Notes: generated by a model from the letters alone, not told the origin. Shown: positions 50,019-59,920, counted from the first letter of the stretch. The stretch: DNA of 64,000 nt from a virus (IMGVR_UViG_3300010413_000016:1-64000); one strand, 5' to 3'. Made by a program: numbers and translations.

Positions 50019-50282
50019 ATGAAGATAATTGAAGAACTCAATGACATTGAGGAACATGACGAATATGTTTTTAGGCTCGAAAGCAAAGAGTGTGCCGTTC
50101 GAGCGATCGCAGAACTTGGACGCCATGGGATAGTTGTTGGGGTCGGAAAGACTCCATCGCCTCATGTGTCAATCTTTACTCATGGATGGACAGGAAAATA
50201 TGAGGCAGTTATTGGCTACGCTCGGATGCTTCTTAAAGGTATTCCGTATTACGAAAACAACATATTGCGATTTAAACGATGA
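50019..50282 (+). CDS. Hypothetical protein
   Basis: ORF with GAGG RBS. Confidence 0.55.
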   Translation: MKIIEELNDIEEHDEYVFRLESKECAVRAIAELGRHGIVVGVGKTPSPHVSIFTHGWTGKYEAVIGYARMLLKGIPYYENNILRFKR

Positions 50283-50536
50283 ACTGCAAAGTCCATCTCC
50301 GTAACATGACATCTGCTCGAATTTATCGCATGTCAGTCGCACACAGAAAAATTCAAGACATCATATACCGAGCTAAGCAGCACAATCAACAATCTCTAGC
50401 TGCCTTCCTTCATCTTGAGGGAGAATACATCTTGGAATATATTACATCAATGGCTAATGTACATCCTCTTGCGATTGCGATATGTGGACATGACGACGAG
50501 GCATTTCTCATGCCAGTTCAAGTGTGTGATGATTGA
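50279..50536 (+). CDS. Hypothetical protein
   Basis: Coupled ORF. Confidence 0.5.
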   Translation: MNCKVHLRNMTSARIYRMSVAHRKIQDIIYRAKQHNQQSLAAFLHLEGEYILEYITSMANVHPLAIAICGHDDEAFLMPVQVCDD

Positions 50537-50738
50537 CGAAACGCTTTGGCGCCACCGCCTTCAAGTCAAACGAGAGATTATCGAAATATATGGTGACATA
50601 ATCACTGAGCTCCGTTTTGAGCTTACTGAGTTACAACAAAAGTATGATCAACAAGTCAAACACGCGCAAGATGCTGATCAGCGTCTTTTAGAATGTGAAT
50701 ATGACTTAGACAAGTTATCAGAAAAACTGAAAACATAA
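50415..50738 (+). CDS. Coiled-coil hypothetical protein
   Basis: Likely real start near 50529 (MIDETLW). Confidence 0.45.
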   Translation: MRENTSWNILHQWLMYILLRLRYVDMTTRHFSCQFKCVMIDETLWRHRLQVKREIIEIYGDIITELRFELTELQQKYDQQVKHAQDADQRLLECEYDLDKLSEKLKT

Positions 50739-50758
50739 TACCCACAAAGAGATTCCAC

Positions 50759-51724
50759 ATGCATTTTACAGTTTTGGTTACTGGAGAGAATATTGGAGAG
50801 CAACTTGCTCCGTTTCAAGAGAACAACATGGGCGACTGTCCCAAACAGTACCTTGAATTCTTCAATGTAGAAGATGAGTATAGGAGCGAGTATGAGACGG
50901 GTTCATCAACAATGGTTGTTATGTCTGATGGCCGTCTTGTTTCTCAGTACGCAGTTCAGTTCTACGAACGCGGAGAGCTTGGTACTCGTTTTCATAAAAT
51001 TCCCGAAAACCTTGAGCAACGTGAAATTCCGCACACCGAACGGTATCCAACGTTTGGAGAATTTCTCGAATCTTGTCACGGATACGAAAAGGATAAAGAG
51101 ACTGGCAAGTATGGATACTGGGAAAATCCTAACGCAAAATGGGACTGGTATCAGCTTGGCGGCAGATGGTCTGGATTCCTTCAAATCAAACCAAACCCAG
51201 TCGGTGAAGTTTATCTTGGCGACAAGAGTCTAACATTTCCGAGGCGCACCGAAAAGGGGGAAGCGGACTCTGCACTTAAGAAAGATATTGACTTTCAAAA
51301 GATGCGAATGCAAGCAAAGGTGAAAGCTCACGAAGCGTATGATGAGTTTGAAGCCGCAATCGAAAAACACAATGTTACAGACTTTGGTGTTTCTCGTGAG
51401 CAATTTGATAAGATGCATTCGGGCCTCGGCAACAAAGAGCTCCGCGAACTTTGGTTTAATATACCGTTAAATCGAGCACTATCTAACGAACGAATTTGGA
51501 CAACTGATCCTGTCGAAGAATTCTTTATTTTTACAGGTGGTCGTGAAGCATTCGTTCAACATGCTATTGATACTTCATTTGTTCTCTACGCATTTCTTCA
51601 TGAAGGAAAGTGGTACGAAAAAAGCTTTGGAAAGAACGAAAAAGTATGGGACAGCAATTTCATGTTGTTGATTGATGCTCTGCCAGATGATACAAGGCTC
51701 TCTGTCGTAGACTGCCACATTTAA
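50759..51724 (+). CDS. Hypothetical phage protein
   Basis: HFTVLV...LAPF.E, NPNAKWDWYQLGGRW, VVDCHI. Confidence 0.7.
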   Translation: MHFTVLVTGENIGEQLAPFQENNMGDCPKQYLEFFNVEDEYRSEYETGSSTMVVMSDGRLVSQYAVQFYERGELGTRFHKIPENLEQREIPHTERYPTFGEFLESCHGYEKDKETGKYGYWENPNAKWDWYQLGGRWSGFLQIKPNPVGEVYLGDKSLTFPRRTEKGEADSALKKDIDFQKMRMQAKVKAHEAYDEFEAAIEKHNVTDFGVSREQFDKMHSGLGNKELRELWFNIPLNRALSNERIWTTDPVEEFFIFTGGREAFVQHAIDTSFVLYAFLHEGKWYEKSFGKNEKVWDSNFMLLIDALPDDTRLSVVDCHI

Positions 51725-51741
51725 TATAATAGGAAAATAAC

Positions 51742-52635
51742 ATGGGAACAAGACACCTAATAGCTGTAGTAGCAGATGATGAATACAAGATTGCTCAATA
51801 TGGACAATGGGATGGATATCCTTCTGGTCAGGGAGTGGATATCCTCAAATTCCTTCACGAGACGAACATCGTCGAGTTTAAGAACACACTACGAAACGTC
51901 CGATGGATAACACAAGAAGAATGGGATGACATTATTGAAAACCACTCAGATGGTGGCAGTATTATATTTGGAAGCGACCATGCAAAATATTGGGAAACTC
52001 AGCTCAAACGGTTTAGTCGAGACACGGGATCAGATATTCTTGCAATGGTTCGTGATGGAGAAGCTACAACACTTCGCAACAACATTAGTTTTGCTGGAGA
52101 CTCTCTTTTTTGTGAGTATGCATATGTCATCGATCTCGATAATCTGACATTTGAAGTGTACGAAGGATTTAACAAAGAACCTATCACGCACGGTCGCTTC
52201 CTTTCCAGCGACGAAAGTCTCACTCACACGGATGGGTATGAACCCGTTAAACTGATCAAGACATATTCCCTCGTTGATCTTCCGTCAAAGGAACAATTCC
52301 TTGCTGACCTCGAGCCACCCGATGAAGATGGAGAGGACGAAGAAGATACGGGTGTAGAGCCTGTGAGACATAGTGTTTATAAAGTGACAACCGATGACTG
52401 GTATCCTTCATATAAACTTGCCAATGGGACATCGCTAGTCAAAGTCAGCTTTTTGCAACTTCTGCCTTCCAATGATCGATACAACTGGCGCGTGTGCGTA
52501 TGGGGAGCAGACGATTGTGGAATGGAAAAGGACTTTGGAGACAAACATACCGCATGGAGCTGTTATCTTGAAATAATTGGCCATGATGATGTCACAAGAG
52601 ATCTATTAACCAAAATTGGATTAGTATCAGCCTAA
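51742..52635 (+). CDS. Hypothetical phage protein, two domains
   Basis: MGTR...QYGQWDGYP...EYAYVIDLD. Confidence 0.7.
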   Translation: MGTRHLIAVVADDEYKIAQYGQWDGYPSGQGVDILKFLHETNIVEFKNTLRNVRWITQEEWDDIIENHSDGGSIIFGSDHAKYWETQLKRFSRDTGSDILAMVRDGEATTLRNNISFAGDSLFCEYAYVIDLDNLTFEVYEGFNKEPITHGRFLSSDESLTHTDGYEPVKLIKTYSLVDLPSKEQFLADLEPPDEDGEDEEDTGVEPVRHSVYKVTTDDWYPSYKLANGTSLVKVSFLQLLPSNDRYNWRVCVWGADDCGMEKDFGDKHTAWSCYLEIIGHDDVTRDLLTKIGLVSA

Positions 52636-52641
52636 AAGGAA

Positions 52642-53271
52642 ATGACGATGTATTGCAATTGCCCGCTATCTTTTCCACGAATAACAACCAACCTTACGTT
52701 GGAGCAGACAACATGTCGGACCTGCGGTCGAGAAATCCGTTCCTCTTTGCCTTCTGGTGCAGTGACGAATGCAAGCCGTGTAATTAAAAAGATGAGCACA
52801 GAAGATGTTCTTCGTGGTGTTATTGTTGAGAAAAAGCCATGGGCCGCGAAGATGAAGACGGAAGATGTGTGGGTGCGCGAAGAAGGAATCGATTCTCTTG
52901 CCGCTGCTATCTTTCATGAGTATGAAATTGGTATAATTGATGTTGCGACGGTCAATTGGCAAGATTTTGACTGGGATTTCTTCAATCAATATGGTGGGAT
53001 TCCTGTTTCAGATGATGGAAAAGACAAATTCGAACGGTCCCCATCTTCACTCTCCTGCATGACAGAGCTACGCGAATCTCCTTTCTATTATTGGATAGGA
53101 GACAAGCACCCTCCTGTTCCTAACGATGTTGAATTTACTGCGAAGTTAAGATGTGGCGATATCCTCGTTGGGACTGCTTCAGAATTTGACTGGGAACACA
53201 ATGGTAGTAATGGTGATATTATCGCATTCCGACTAACTGGCAAAATTGTACCGAATATTGAGGAAGATTGA
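52642..53271 (+). CDS. Hypothetical protein, paralog of next gene
   Basis: FDWDFFNQYGG...SPFYYW...GDIIAFRLTG. Confidence 0.65.
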   Translation: MTMYCNCPLSFPRITTNLTLEQTTCRTCGREIRSSLPSGAVTNASRVIKKMSTEDVLRGVIVEKKPWAAKMKTEDVWVREEGIDSLAAAIFHEYEIGIIDVATVNWQDFDWDFFNQYGGIPVSDDGKDKFERSPSSLSCMTELRESPFYYWIGDKHPPVPNDVEFTAKLRCGDILVGTASEFDWEHNGSNGDIIAFRLTGKIVPNIEED

Positions 53272-53272
53272 T

Positions 53273-53833
53273 ATGAGAACAGTTCCCGATTTGGAACCAT
53301 GGGAAGTAATGAAAGCGGCAAGCGAAGGCAAGCGAATTGCATTCAAATGGCGAGAAGGGCCAGGAAACATTCCAGCAATTCAAGAGTGTAGCTACCCTCC
53401 TGCTTTTGACTGGCACCGTTGTGAATACTTCGTCATTGTTCCACCCAATAACCATTGGGACGAATTTGATTACGAGTTCTTCGACCTGTATGGTGGGCTA
53501 CCTGTAACGTATATCAGTGGTGGTCCAACGGAAGGAATAACCGATGGACGCAATCTTCATGGGCTGGACGATAATGCCGCTCTACGTCCCTCCCCATTCT
53601 ACTTCTGGGGTGGTGGTGCATGTCCCGTTCCGGAGAATGCTGAAGTCGATGTGCGGTATCGTGGAAGAGACACAGAGATTACTCTTGCTGGCAACTTGCA
53701 GTGGAGCCATTCCCCTTTTGACTCTCCTATGGATTCTTCGCTAAAAAGCGCACTTGGAGATATCATTGCATTCAGACTGACTGGCAATGTTGCAAGCTAT
53801 AAACAAGGAGACGTTGGTGAAAGCGCTATCTAA
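53273..53833 (+). CDS. Hypothetical protein, paralog of previous gene
   Basis: FDYEFFDLYGG...SPFYFW...GDIIAFRLTG. Confidence 0.65.
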   Translation: MRTVPDLEPWEVMKAASEGKRIAFKWREGPGNIPAIQECSYPPAFDWHRCEYFVIVPPNNHWDEFDYEFFDLYGGLPVTYISGGPTEGITDGRNLHGLDDNAALRPSPFYFWGGGACPVPENAEVDVRYRGRDTEITLAGNLQWSHSPFDSPMDSSLKSALGDIIAFRLTGNVASYKQGDVGESAI

Positions 53834-54428
53834 AAACTCAGAGATACTGGCACACTTACACTCACTGCATCGGAAGATCAAAGTAATCCGTTCCTCCCTT
53901 TTGATCAAAATCACCAAGCGCAAACAGCTTGAAGCTGAGCTATCACTGATCAAAAACCCCGCCATTGCTCATGAGTTGCGAGATCGAGCATATCAGTATC
54001 GTGGCTATTACGCTCAGATCAAGAACCCTCGGTACGCGTTGCTCGATCGCATCAAGGATAAGTTCAGATCCACACCGTCCAAACCAATGACAATACTTGA
54101 TCCTGTTGACGTTCGAGCGAAGAACAGACATGATTTCAAAGTAGCGTGGGCACAGCAAAAGGAGGTCATTAGAAATGGTGAGTCATCCTCTACGTCGAAC
54201 CAATTCAACGCGTTCACGTCTTCCGATCGGTACTTCCCTAAAATTCTTAGAGGACACCTCATATACGCATGGTCTGGAAGAATGCAATATCTTGATGAAG
54301 TGGAACATAACCTAACTCAAATCATTGAAAAGATTACGGCTCTGTTCCAAGCTGATAGTAATATCGAGATCACGCTTTCTGATCAAGAAATCGAAGTAAT
54401 ACAACAAGCAAATAACATTACACCCTAG
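53787..54428 (+). CDS. Hypothetical basic protein
   Basis: ORF; start uncertain. Confidence 0.55.
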   Translation: MLQAINKETLVKALSKNSEILAHLHSLHRKIKVIRSSLLIKITKRKQLEAELSLIKNPAIAHELRDRAYQYRGYYAQIKNPRYALLDRIKDKFRSTPSKPMTILDPVDVRAKNRHDFKVAWAQQKEVIRNGESSSTSNQFNAFTSSDRYFPKILRGHLIYAWSGRMQYLDEVEHNLTQIIEKITALFQADSNIEITLSDQEIEVIQQANNITP

Positions 54429-54440
54429 AAGGATATAAAA

Positions 54441-54773
54441 ATGAGCGAGCAATACCTGGTAGTACAGTCCGAATTTGATTATGCAGATGAGTTTGATGTG
54501 TACGGACTCTTCATTACAACAAAATCGGACTTTGATAAGATGATGGAAGAAGCGAAGAAGTACTTCGATGTGCATGGTGATTATGAAGGGTGGTTTGGTA
54601 CGAATGAGGCTATACTCATTGAATCGTTTGAGGACTATCAGGCAGGTCTGCACGTATCAGAAATTACAGAAGAGACATACCACACATTAAACAAAGCGCT
54701 AAATCCGTATTATAAAGGTGAGAGTAAACCCTTCTCATGTGGACGTTTTTTCTTCATCGAATTGGACGAGTAA
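54441..54773 (+). CDS. Hypothetical acidic protein
   Basis: Last plus-strand gene; DYADEFDV, FGTNE. Confidence 0.6.
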   Translation: MSEQYLVVQSEFDYADEFDVYGLFITTKSDFDKMMEEAKKYFDVHGDYEGWFGTNEAILIESFEDYQAGLHVSEITEETYHTLNKALNPYYKGESKPFSCGRFFFIELDE

Positions 54774-54791
54774 TCCCACACTGGAGCTGGT

Positions 54792-55289
54792 TCACTCGAC
54801 ATTATCGTGTATTAAGTGAACCAGCTCCACAAACTCTTTATAGCTCATATTCTGTTTCATTTTATTTACTCTCCACTGACATAACACTACATTACCTTCA
54901 ATATACCCCAAAGTGCTGTCAACGCGATCTAACGATAACGTCGTTGAGCTTTCGCCACATGTTGACATCGGTTCGCCAGTGTAAAAACACTTTCCGTCTT
55001 GAGCATCCCACATCTTTTCTATTTCTTCCAATGTTATGTTGAACTCAAGTCCTTTATATTTGGCTCGATTCTTTGCAGAGACAAAACGATATTGAATTGG
55101 ATTGTCCTTTACCCATTGGTTAAAATTCTTCTTTGCGTTAGTAATATACACTTGTTTATCTTCTTCAGATAATTGATGATACCGAGCCCTTGATTTTTTC
55201 TTGAGACATTCTTTACACGTCGATTTGCGTACGCCATAGAATTTTGATGGATCAGTCTCGCCACACGTGTTACATAGATGATTAGCCAT
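54792..55289 (-). CDS. HNH-like (His-Me finger) endonuclease with N-terminal Zn ribbon
   Basis: CNTC...CKEC; CFYTG...SLDRVDS..GY...NV..C...VN.MK. Confidence 0.75.
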   Translation of the reverse strand: MANHLCNTCGETDPSKFYGVRKSTCKECLKKKSRARYHQLSEEDKQVYITNAKKNFNQWVKDNPIQYRFVSAKNRAKYKGLEFNITLEEIEKMWDAQDGKCFYTGEPMSTCGESSTTLSLDRVDSTLGYIEGNVVLCQWRVNKMKQNMSYKEFVELVHLIHDNVE

Positions 55290-55817
55290 GGTTGGTTCCT
55301 TTTTGTATTATATAGGGAAACAAAAACTCATGGTTATTTTTGTGCCCTCCCATTTTCAGAACGATTTTTTTTTTTTAAAAATTTTTTCGCACCACGATTT
55401 TTCGATGGCGGGATATTTTCCGGGGGGGGGAGCAGAAACTCTAATCTAAGATCCATAATATTAACGGGAGAGATGATTGTAGAAAATGTATGGGAACGTG
55501 TGGCGGAAATTGGCGGGCGATGTTTTCAGGGTGAAAAATTTGGTATACGTTGAACCTAGCAAAGAAGGGTATAATCGCCCATCGGTGTTCTTAGGGACCT
55601 GGCCTCTCGATTTTACCAGATTCTATTTTCAAAGTCAACTGTTGACTTTTAGTTAGTGGGAGGAGCCGAGTCTCCTTCCACTCAGATCATAGCATTCATG
55701 TTGTCTTCTTCATCAAGATGGTGTACGACTTGCTACGTGACTTGTCTCCTCCCTATCAACTGTCGTGATTAGATTGATTGAAAGATATATTATCTCTCAC
55801 CCTAACTATGAAGTCAA

Positions 55818-55916
55818 CTAGTACCCCATACCGACTGCAGCCACAGATGCTGCCATCAAGGTGATGATGGGAGTAACGATAACAACTGCCACAATGATGA
55901 TCACTTTCTGTTTCAT
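55818..55916 (-). CDS. 32-aa single-TM peptide, paralog of 63828-63926
   Basis: MKQKVIIIVAVVIVTPIITLMAASVAAVGMGY; own promoter and RBS. Confidence 0.7.
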   Translation of the reverse strand: MKQKVIIIVAVVIVTPIITLMAASVAAVGMGY

Positions 55917-55980
55917 CTCATCTCTCTTTTCTCTCAACTGTTGAAGCTATTATAGCTCCAACAGTTGAAGAAGTCAACTG

Positions 55981-56316
55981 TTATTTTAATTCATACTTGC
56001 TAAACATATTGACGTCAATATCAGATGACAGAATTTGTTCAACTTCTTGTTTGATCTTGTTCATTCGTTTTGTGACAATGTCAACACTCACAGAACGTGA
56101 TTGATTGATATAGTAATCACTAGATTCAATATAGTTTAAATTGAATTGTTCTGTGAATTTGACGTCTGCATCATGAAAGTCAGACACAGTTGAATCTTCG
56201 TTCATAACAAAGATAATGAAGTCGTCATCAACACTACTGATGATACAGTTGTCTATGTTTGTATCAACTTCATGTTCAATAAACAGATAATTGAACGATA
56301 TGAATACTTTTTTCAT
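55981..56316 (-). CDS. Early hypothetical protein
   Basis: ATG at 56316 after promoter. Confidence 0.6.
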   Translation of the reverse strand: MKKVFISFNYLFIEHEVDTNIDNCIISSVDDDFIIFVMNEDSTVSDFHDADVKFTEQFNLNYIESSDYYINQSRSVSVDIVTKRMNKIKQEVEQILSSDIDVNMFSKYELK

Positions 56317-56377
56317 GTGATCTCTCAGTTCTCTCAACTCAGAGATACTATCTCATGATTCATGATTGAAGACAACA

Positions 56378-56410
56378 GATGGAGAGATTCAGATAATGAA
56401 TCTCTCCATC
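56378..56410 (-). terminator. 14-bp perfect hairpin after gene, terminator-like
   Basis: gatggagagattca-N5-tgaatctctccatc. Confidence 0.55.
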
Positions 56411-56418
56411 AACTGAAC

Positions 56419-56910
56419 TTATTTGCTCAGTTTCTTTTTGATGTTGTAGTGATATGTAGATGCACCTGCTTGAGTCATGTCAAGTTCTGCCATGAAACGA
56501 GTGATAACATCTTTTCTTGCAGGATGTTGACCATCAACTATCATACTGATGTATATTTCTTCTGCAATTTGTGACTTTGATACTTTCTTTTCTTTTTGTA
56601 CTTTGACCGTTTCTACTTTCGGCTTTGTATCTTTGATCTTACGAACTTTCTTCTGTTCAGTTATCTTTTCTTGTTGTGCAATAAATTCAACAATTTCCTT
56701 TTCAGTTTCAGTAACTGCATCTTCAACACTCAACATCTTACTGTCAACATGTGACATCATCCATTCTTGTTTGTATTCTTCTTTCCATTGTTTGAATGGA
56801 ATATAATCTTCAGAAGGAAATGATGCGGCTGCTTTCTCTTCTTTATACAGAGTCAGAAGTGAAATGTTATCCGGAAATTGTGATTCGATTTGATTGATTA
56901 CGTGTTGCAT
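56419..56910 (-). CDS. Early protein with C-terminal HTH-like domain (copy 1)
   Basis: HPARKDVITRFMAELDMTQAGASTY; paralog of 59921 gene. Confidence 0.75.
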   Translation of the reverse strand: MQHVINQIESQFPDNISLLTLYKEEKAAASFPSEDYIPFKQWKEEYKQEWMMSHVDSKMLSVEDAVTETEKEIVEFIAQQEKITEQKKVRKIKDTKPKVETVKVQKEKKVSKSQIAEEIYISMIVDGQHPARKDVITRFMAELDMTQAGASTYHYNIKKKLSK

Positions 56911-57060
56911 GTTGTTTTCCTCTCTCAATTGTTGAATCTATTATCTGTCCAGTTGGTCACTTTGTCAACATGTTTCTGAAATTAATTTCAATCGATTCAT
57001 GTTTGTGTGCCAATGAGGACACCATCTAATAAAGAGAGGCTGAGGGCAACAATTAATTTG

Positions 57061-57239
57061 AGCCGATATTTGATCGGCTGATAAGGAGATGTGATTAGAG
57101 TTCCAACTTGATGGTTGGAGATGATGGGTGGATCAATTTGATCACTTCAGATCCACCCATCATATAATAGGTGGAGGCTACAAGTAGCCTCCTGAGTCGT
57201 CCGCCGGGAGAGATGAGAGAGAGGAGTGGCGGACGACTC
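57061..57239 (-). ncRNA. Candidate structured RNA: five consecutive hairpins, the first with an anti-SD loop
   Basis: Stems at 57194-57239, 57173-57192, 57121-57163, 57102-57119 and 57061-57079. Confidence 0.55.
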
Positions 57240-57241
57240 TG

Positions 57242-57415
57242 TTAACTTGCTAACTTCACTGTTGCCATCCCAAGTCCGTAACCGAACGCGAATATTGCGA
57301 TCGAGAGGCCGAGAACAGCTACCTTGGCGTTGTTACCAAGTGCCCCAAAGAATAGGACGATGAGACCTAGCACGAAGGCGACAACCCAGAGGATAACCGC
57401 CATAACTATCATCAT
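57242..57415 (-). CDS. Small two-TM membrane peptide (57 aa)
   Basis: MMIVMAVILWVVAFVLGLIVLFFGALGNNAKVAVLG...; coupled to upstream stop. Confidence 0.55.
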   Translation of the reverse strand: MMIVMAVILWVVAFVLGLIVLFFGALGNNAKVAVLGLSIAIFAFGYGLGMATVKLAS

Positions 57416-57561
57416 GGTTTAGTCCTGCCGTTCCATACTTGTAGAGCAACTCCCGTGAAGAAGCCAGACAAACAGACTAGAGTAGAGATGACATCGTTGG
57501 TGGCAATGTAGGCGCCCATTCCGATAATCACACCAAGTAATCCAAGTACAATTGCTTTCAT
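57412..57561 (-). CDS. Small two-TM membrane peptide
   Basis: MKAIVLGLLG...; internal promoter TTGACA-17-GATACT near 57596-57624 implies this start. Confidence 0.55.
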   Translation of the reverse strand: MKAIVLGLLGVIIGMGAYIATNDVISTLVCLSGFFTGVALQVWNGRTKP

Positions 57562-57620
57562 CCCATCATTCCACTTTTGTCTCTCAACCGATGACAGTAT
57601 CATCCCACTTTTATGTGGTG

Positions 57621-57896
57621 TCAAGCGGCCCTTTTCAGCTCAGGATGGTTAGTTGCCATCCAACGAACAAGGTCAGGAATGTTGTTGCTGAACTCTTCGA
57701 ACGGAACGGTCGTGTGGCTGAAGATTAGACCACCGCTGAGGAAGTCAATGTCGATCGTATTGTTTGCGTAGTTGATACAAGCTTTGCAGATCGAGTGTGC
57801 CTTGTTACGATCAGCTACATGAATGTACGTGACCTTCGCTGCAGGATAGTTGTTCGCCAAGTAGTCGTACATGTTGCCATTTGCTTCAACTTGCAT
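57621..57896 (-). CDS. Early hypothetical protein
   Basis: Promoter and GAGAGG RBS. Confidence 0.6.
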   Translation of the reverse strand: MQVEANGNMYDYLANNYPAAKVTYIHVADRNKAHSICKACINYANNTIDIDFLSGGLIFSHTTVPFEEFSNNIPDLVRWMATNHPELKRAA

Positions 57897-57955
57897 GTTA
57901 GTGTCCTCTCAATTGTTAGAGGAATTATAGCTCAGCCACTCAAAAGAGTCAACAG

Positions 57956-58171
57956 CTATTTGGATATTGCCCACATCGACGTGAGCGCATACAATGACCA
58001 CCCAAGCCCTTCGAAGAAGACAAACACAATCAGTGCTGATTTCAGTGGAATCAGCCACTTAACGTGATAGTCGCCATACGCTTCGATCTTGTTGTGATCT
58101 TCAAACAAAATGAATCTGGCATATTCTATCAAGATCAATATGATCAAGAACTCAAAATGGATGGCGTTCAT
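57956..58171 (-). CDS. Small membrane protein
   Basis: Two hydrophobic segments; GGAG RBS. Confidence 0.55.
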   Translation of the reverse strand: MNAIHFEFLIILILIEYARFILFEDHNKIEAYGDYHVKWLIPLKSALIVFVFFEGLGWSLYALTSMWAISK

Positions 58172-58203
58172 GTTTTCTTCTCCTTATTGGAGGAGTTATT
58201 CTC

Positions 58204-58611
58204 CTACAACACACTTTCAGCATCAACAGCTGAAAGTGGAAAACTTCCGACATAACGAGCTCGATTTTTACGGAAGACAGCTTGATATTTGCCAATGTTC
58301 ACGTCTTCGTGAGCATCAATTTGGTACACTTTAACAGAAAAGTTACTTTCATCCATTGCTTGACGAACACGTGATGATATTGTCCAGTCTTTAAGTTGTT
58401 GTTTGGAGCCAAATCCAAAGAACCAATTACGCCGATCATCATATTCGATGCTATCCCACATGAGGAAATGGTCATCTTCTGGCACTGGGTGTTTTGGGTC
58501 GGCGATCGAAGATACATATTCAAGGTCACCAAATGATACTGACCGATTGGTGGAATTGCGGTTGTACATTCCTGTACCCTTGGCATGTTCGACGCGTAGA
58601 ACTGTAATCAT
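58204..58611 (-). CDS. Early hypothetical protein
   Basis: Start MITVLRVEH; HPVPEDD...FFGF. Confidence 0.65.
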   Translation of the reverse strand: MITVLRVEHAKGTGMYNRNSTNRSVSFGDLEYVSSIADPKHPVPEDDHFLMWDSIEYDDRRNWFFGFGSKQQLKDWTISSRVRQAMDESNFSVKVYQIDAHEDVNIGKYQAVFRKNRARYVGSFPLSAVDAESVL

Positions 58612-58674
58612 TTGTGATCTCCTCTCAATTGATGGGGCCATTATAGCCCCACCCTGAGTTGAAGTCAACGGGAG

Positions 58675-58989
58675 TCACAGACGTTTCAGTTCAGACTCCA
58701 AACGATTTCGAAAATTCTTATATTGGTCGGTTTCGCTGTACTTCATGTAGAAGTCATGGTATGCCGGGCGAGGAGGTTGGGACAACAACTTCTCCCTGCC
58801 GATTGTGATGTCGAATTTCATCGTTTTCCACGAGCTTTGAAATTCATACGATACGCTACCAAACACCTCGATTCCTTTCAGAATCATAAGGGAGCCAGTG
58901 TTAGCCCAGTTGCGTTCTTGTTCGGACTCAAATCCACACTGGCTAATCAGGTCCATCAAATCTTTCAGGATACGGGTTTGCATTGACAT
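58675..58989 (-). CDS. Early hypothetical protein
   Basis: Promoter and GAGGAG RBS. Confidence 0.65.
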   Translation of the reverse strand: MSMQTRILKDLMDLISQCGFESEQERNWANTGSLMILKGIEVFGSVSYEFQSSWKTMKFDITIGREKLLSQPPRPAYHDFYMKYSETDQYKNFRNRLESELKRL

Positions 58990-59041
58990 GGCGATCTCCT
59001 CTCATTTAATAGAGATATTATAGCTCCATCCTATGATGAAG

Positions 59042-59272
59042 TCAACTGATTTTGTAAATCAGCAGGTCAGATTCTTCCCCAGCCTCACAGGCAAAGATTT
59101 CATCTACTTGTCCGAAGGTTGAGTATTTGAGGTAGGCTTCTTGTTTTTCATGTGAGTCTTCAATCTCATAAAAGATGAAGGCTGCTTGCTGATGGGTATC
59201 AGCCTCAATCACCCGGTGACTAGATTCGCGAGTGTCATAACGATCGAACCAAATTACTAAGAACTGTGCCAT
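59042..59272 (-). CDS. Early hypothetical protein
   Basis: Promoter upstream. Confidence 0.6.
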   Translation of the reverse strand: MAQFLVIWFDRYDTRESSHRVIEADTHQQAAFIFYEIEDSHEKQEAYLKYSTFGQVDEIFACEAGEESDLLIYKIS

Positions 59273-59341
59273 CTCTCTTCAATTCTCTCTTGTGTTAATT
59301 GATGAGACCAGCATAGCACATCCTCGTCTTAGAGTCAACGA

Positions 59342-59860
59342 TTATTTGAATTCAAACGGACCATTAAACTTCTGCTTGTTGATAGTAACAGAAGTGATAG
59401 AAGAGATTTCGAAAGTTCGGATGATGACTTTGTTTTCCAGCCCACCCTGACTCGATTCTGGCTTACTTTCAGGAATACCTTCGATTTGATCTTTGGGAGT
59501 TACGACACCATCTACTTCGTAATGAGTAGTTCCCTTGTTGAGGAAGATGACTTCGAGGTAGTGTTTCTCTTTATATTCTACGAAAGGAATTCCTTCCAGC
59601 CGAGTTCCCCAAGTACGAGGACCAACAGTAAACGACTCAGGATCTTTACCTTCTTTACCGAGACGACGTTTCACCATCTCACCGTAGCCACTTTTCTCTT
59701 TGTTCTGAAAGACCATGACATTAGAGCCAACGGTTACCTTCCGAACGCGACCTTGCAGAAGATTATGACGACCACCACGAAGCTTGACGTTAGTGGAAGT
59801 GTCAATGCTGATGAAAGTTGCGCCATTAACAGCATCCATGATTTTGCGGATATTGTTCAT
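59342..59860 (-). CDS. Early phage protein
   Basis: Start MNNIRKI after GAGGAG; ORF-track N-terminal extension is promoter sequence. Confidence 0.7.
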   Translation of the reverse strand: MNNIRKIMDAVNGATFISIDTSTNVKLRGGRHNLLQGRVRKVTVGSNVMVFQNKEKSGYGEMVKRRLGKEGKDPESFTVGPRTWGTRLEGIPFVEYKEKHYLEVIFLNKGTTHYEVDGVVTPKDQIEGIPESKPESSQGGLENKVIIRTFEISSITSVTINKQKFNGPFEFK

Positions 59861-59920
59861 TCGTGATCTCCTCTCAATTGATGGGGCCATTATAGCCCCA
59901 TCCTGAGTTGAAGTCAACCG

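Noticed and set aside
352-54653. Many short antisense or overlapping ORFs in the ORF track
   Set aside because: They shadow well-supported genes and lack RBSs or motifs
55278-55553. 91-aa plus-strand ORF over the boundary region
   Set aside because: Translates homopolymer tracts (FFFFKNFF, GGGS), has no RBS and opposes local transcription
58612-58668. Shared N-terminal peptide MTSTQxGAIMAPSIERR in ORF-track proteins 58204, 59342 and 62228
   Set aside because: It is the translation of the repeated promoter cassette from the TTG of the -35 box; real starts follow the GAGGAG RBS
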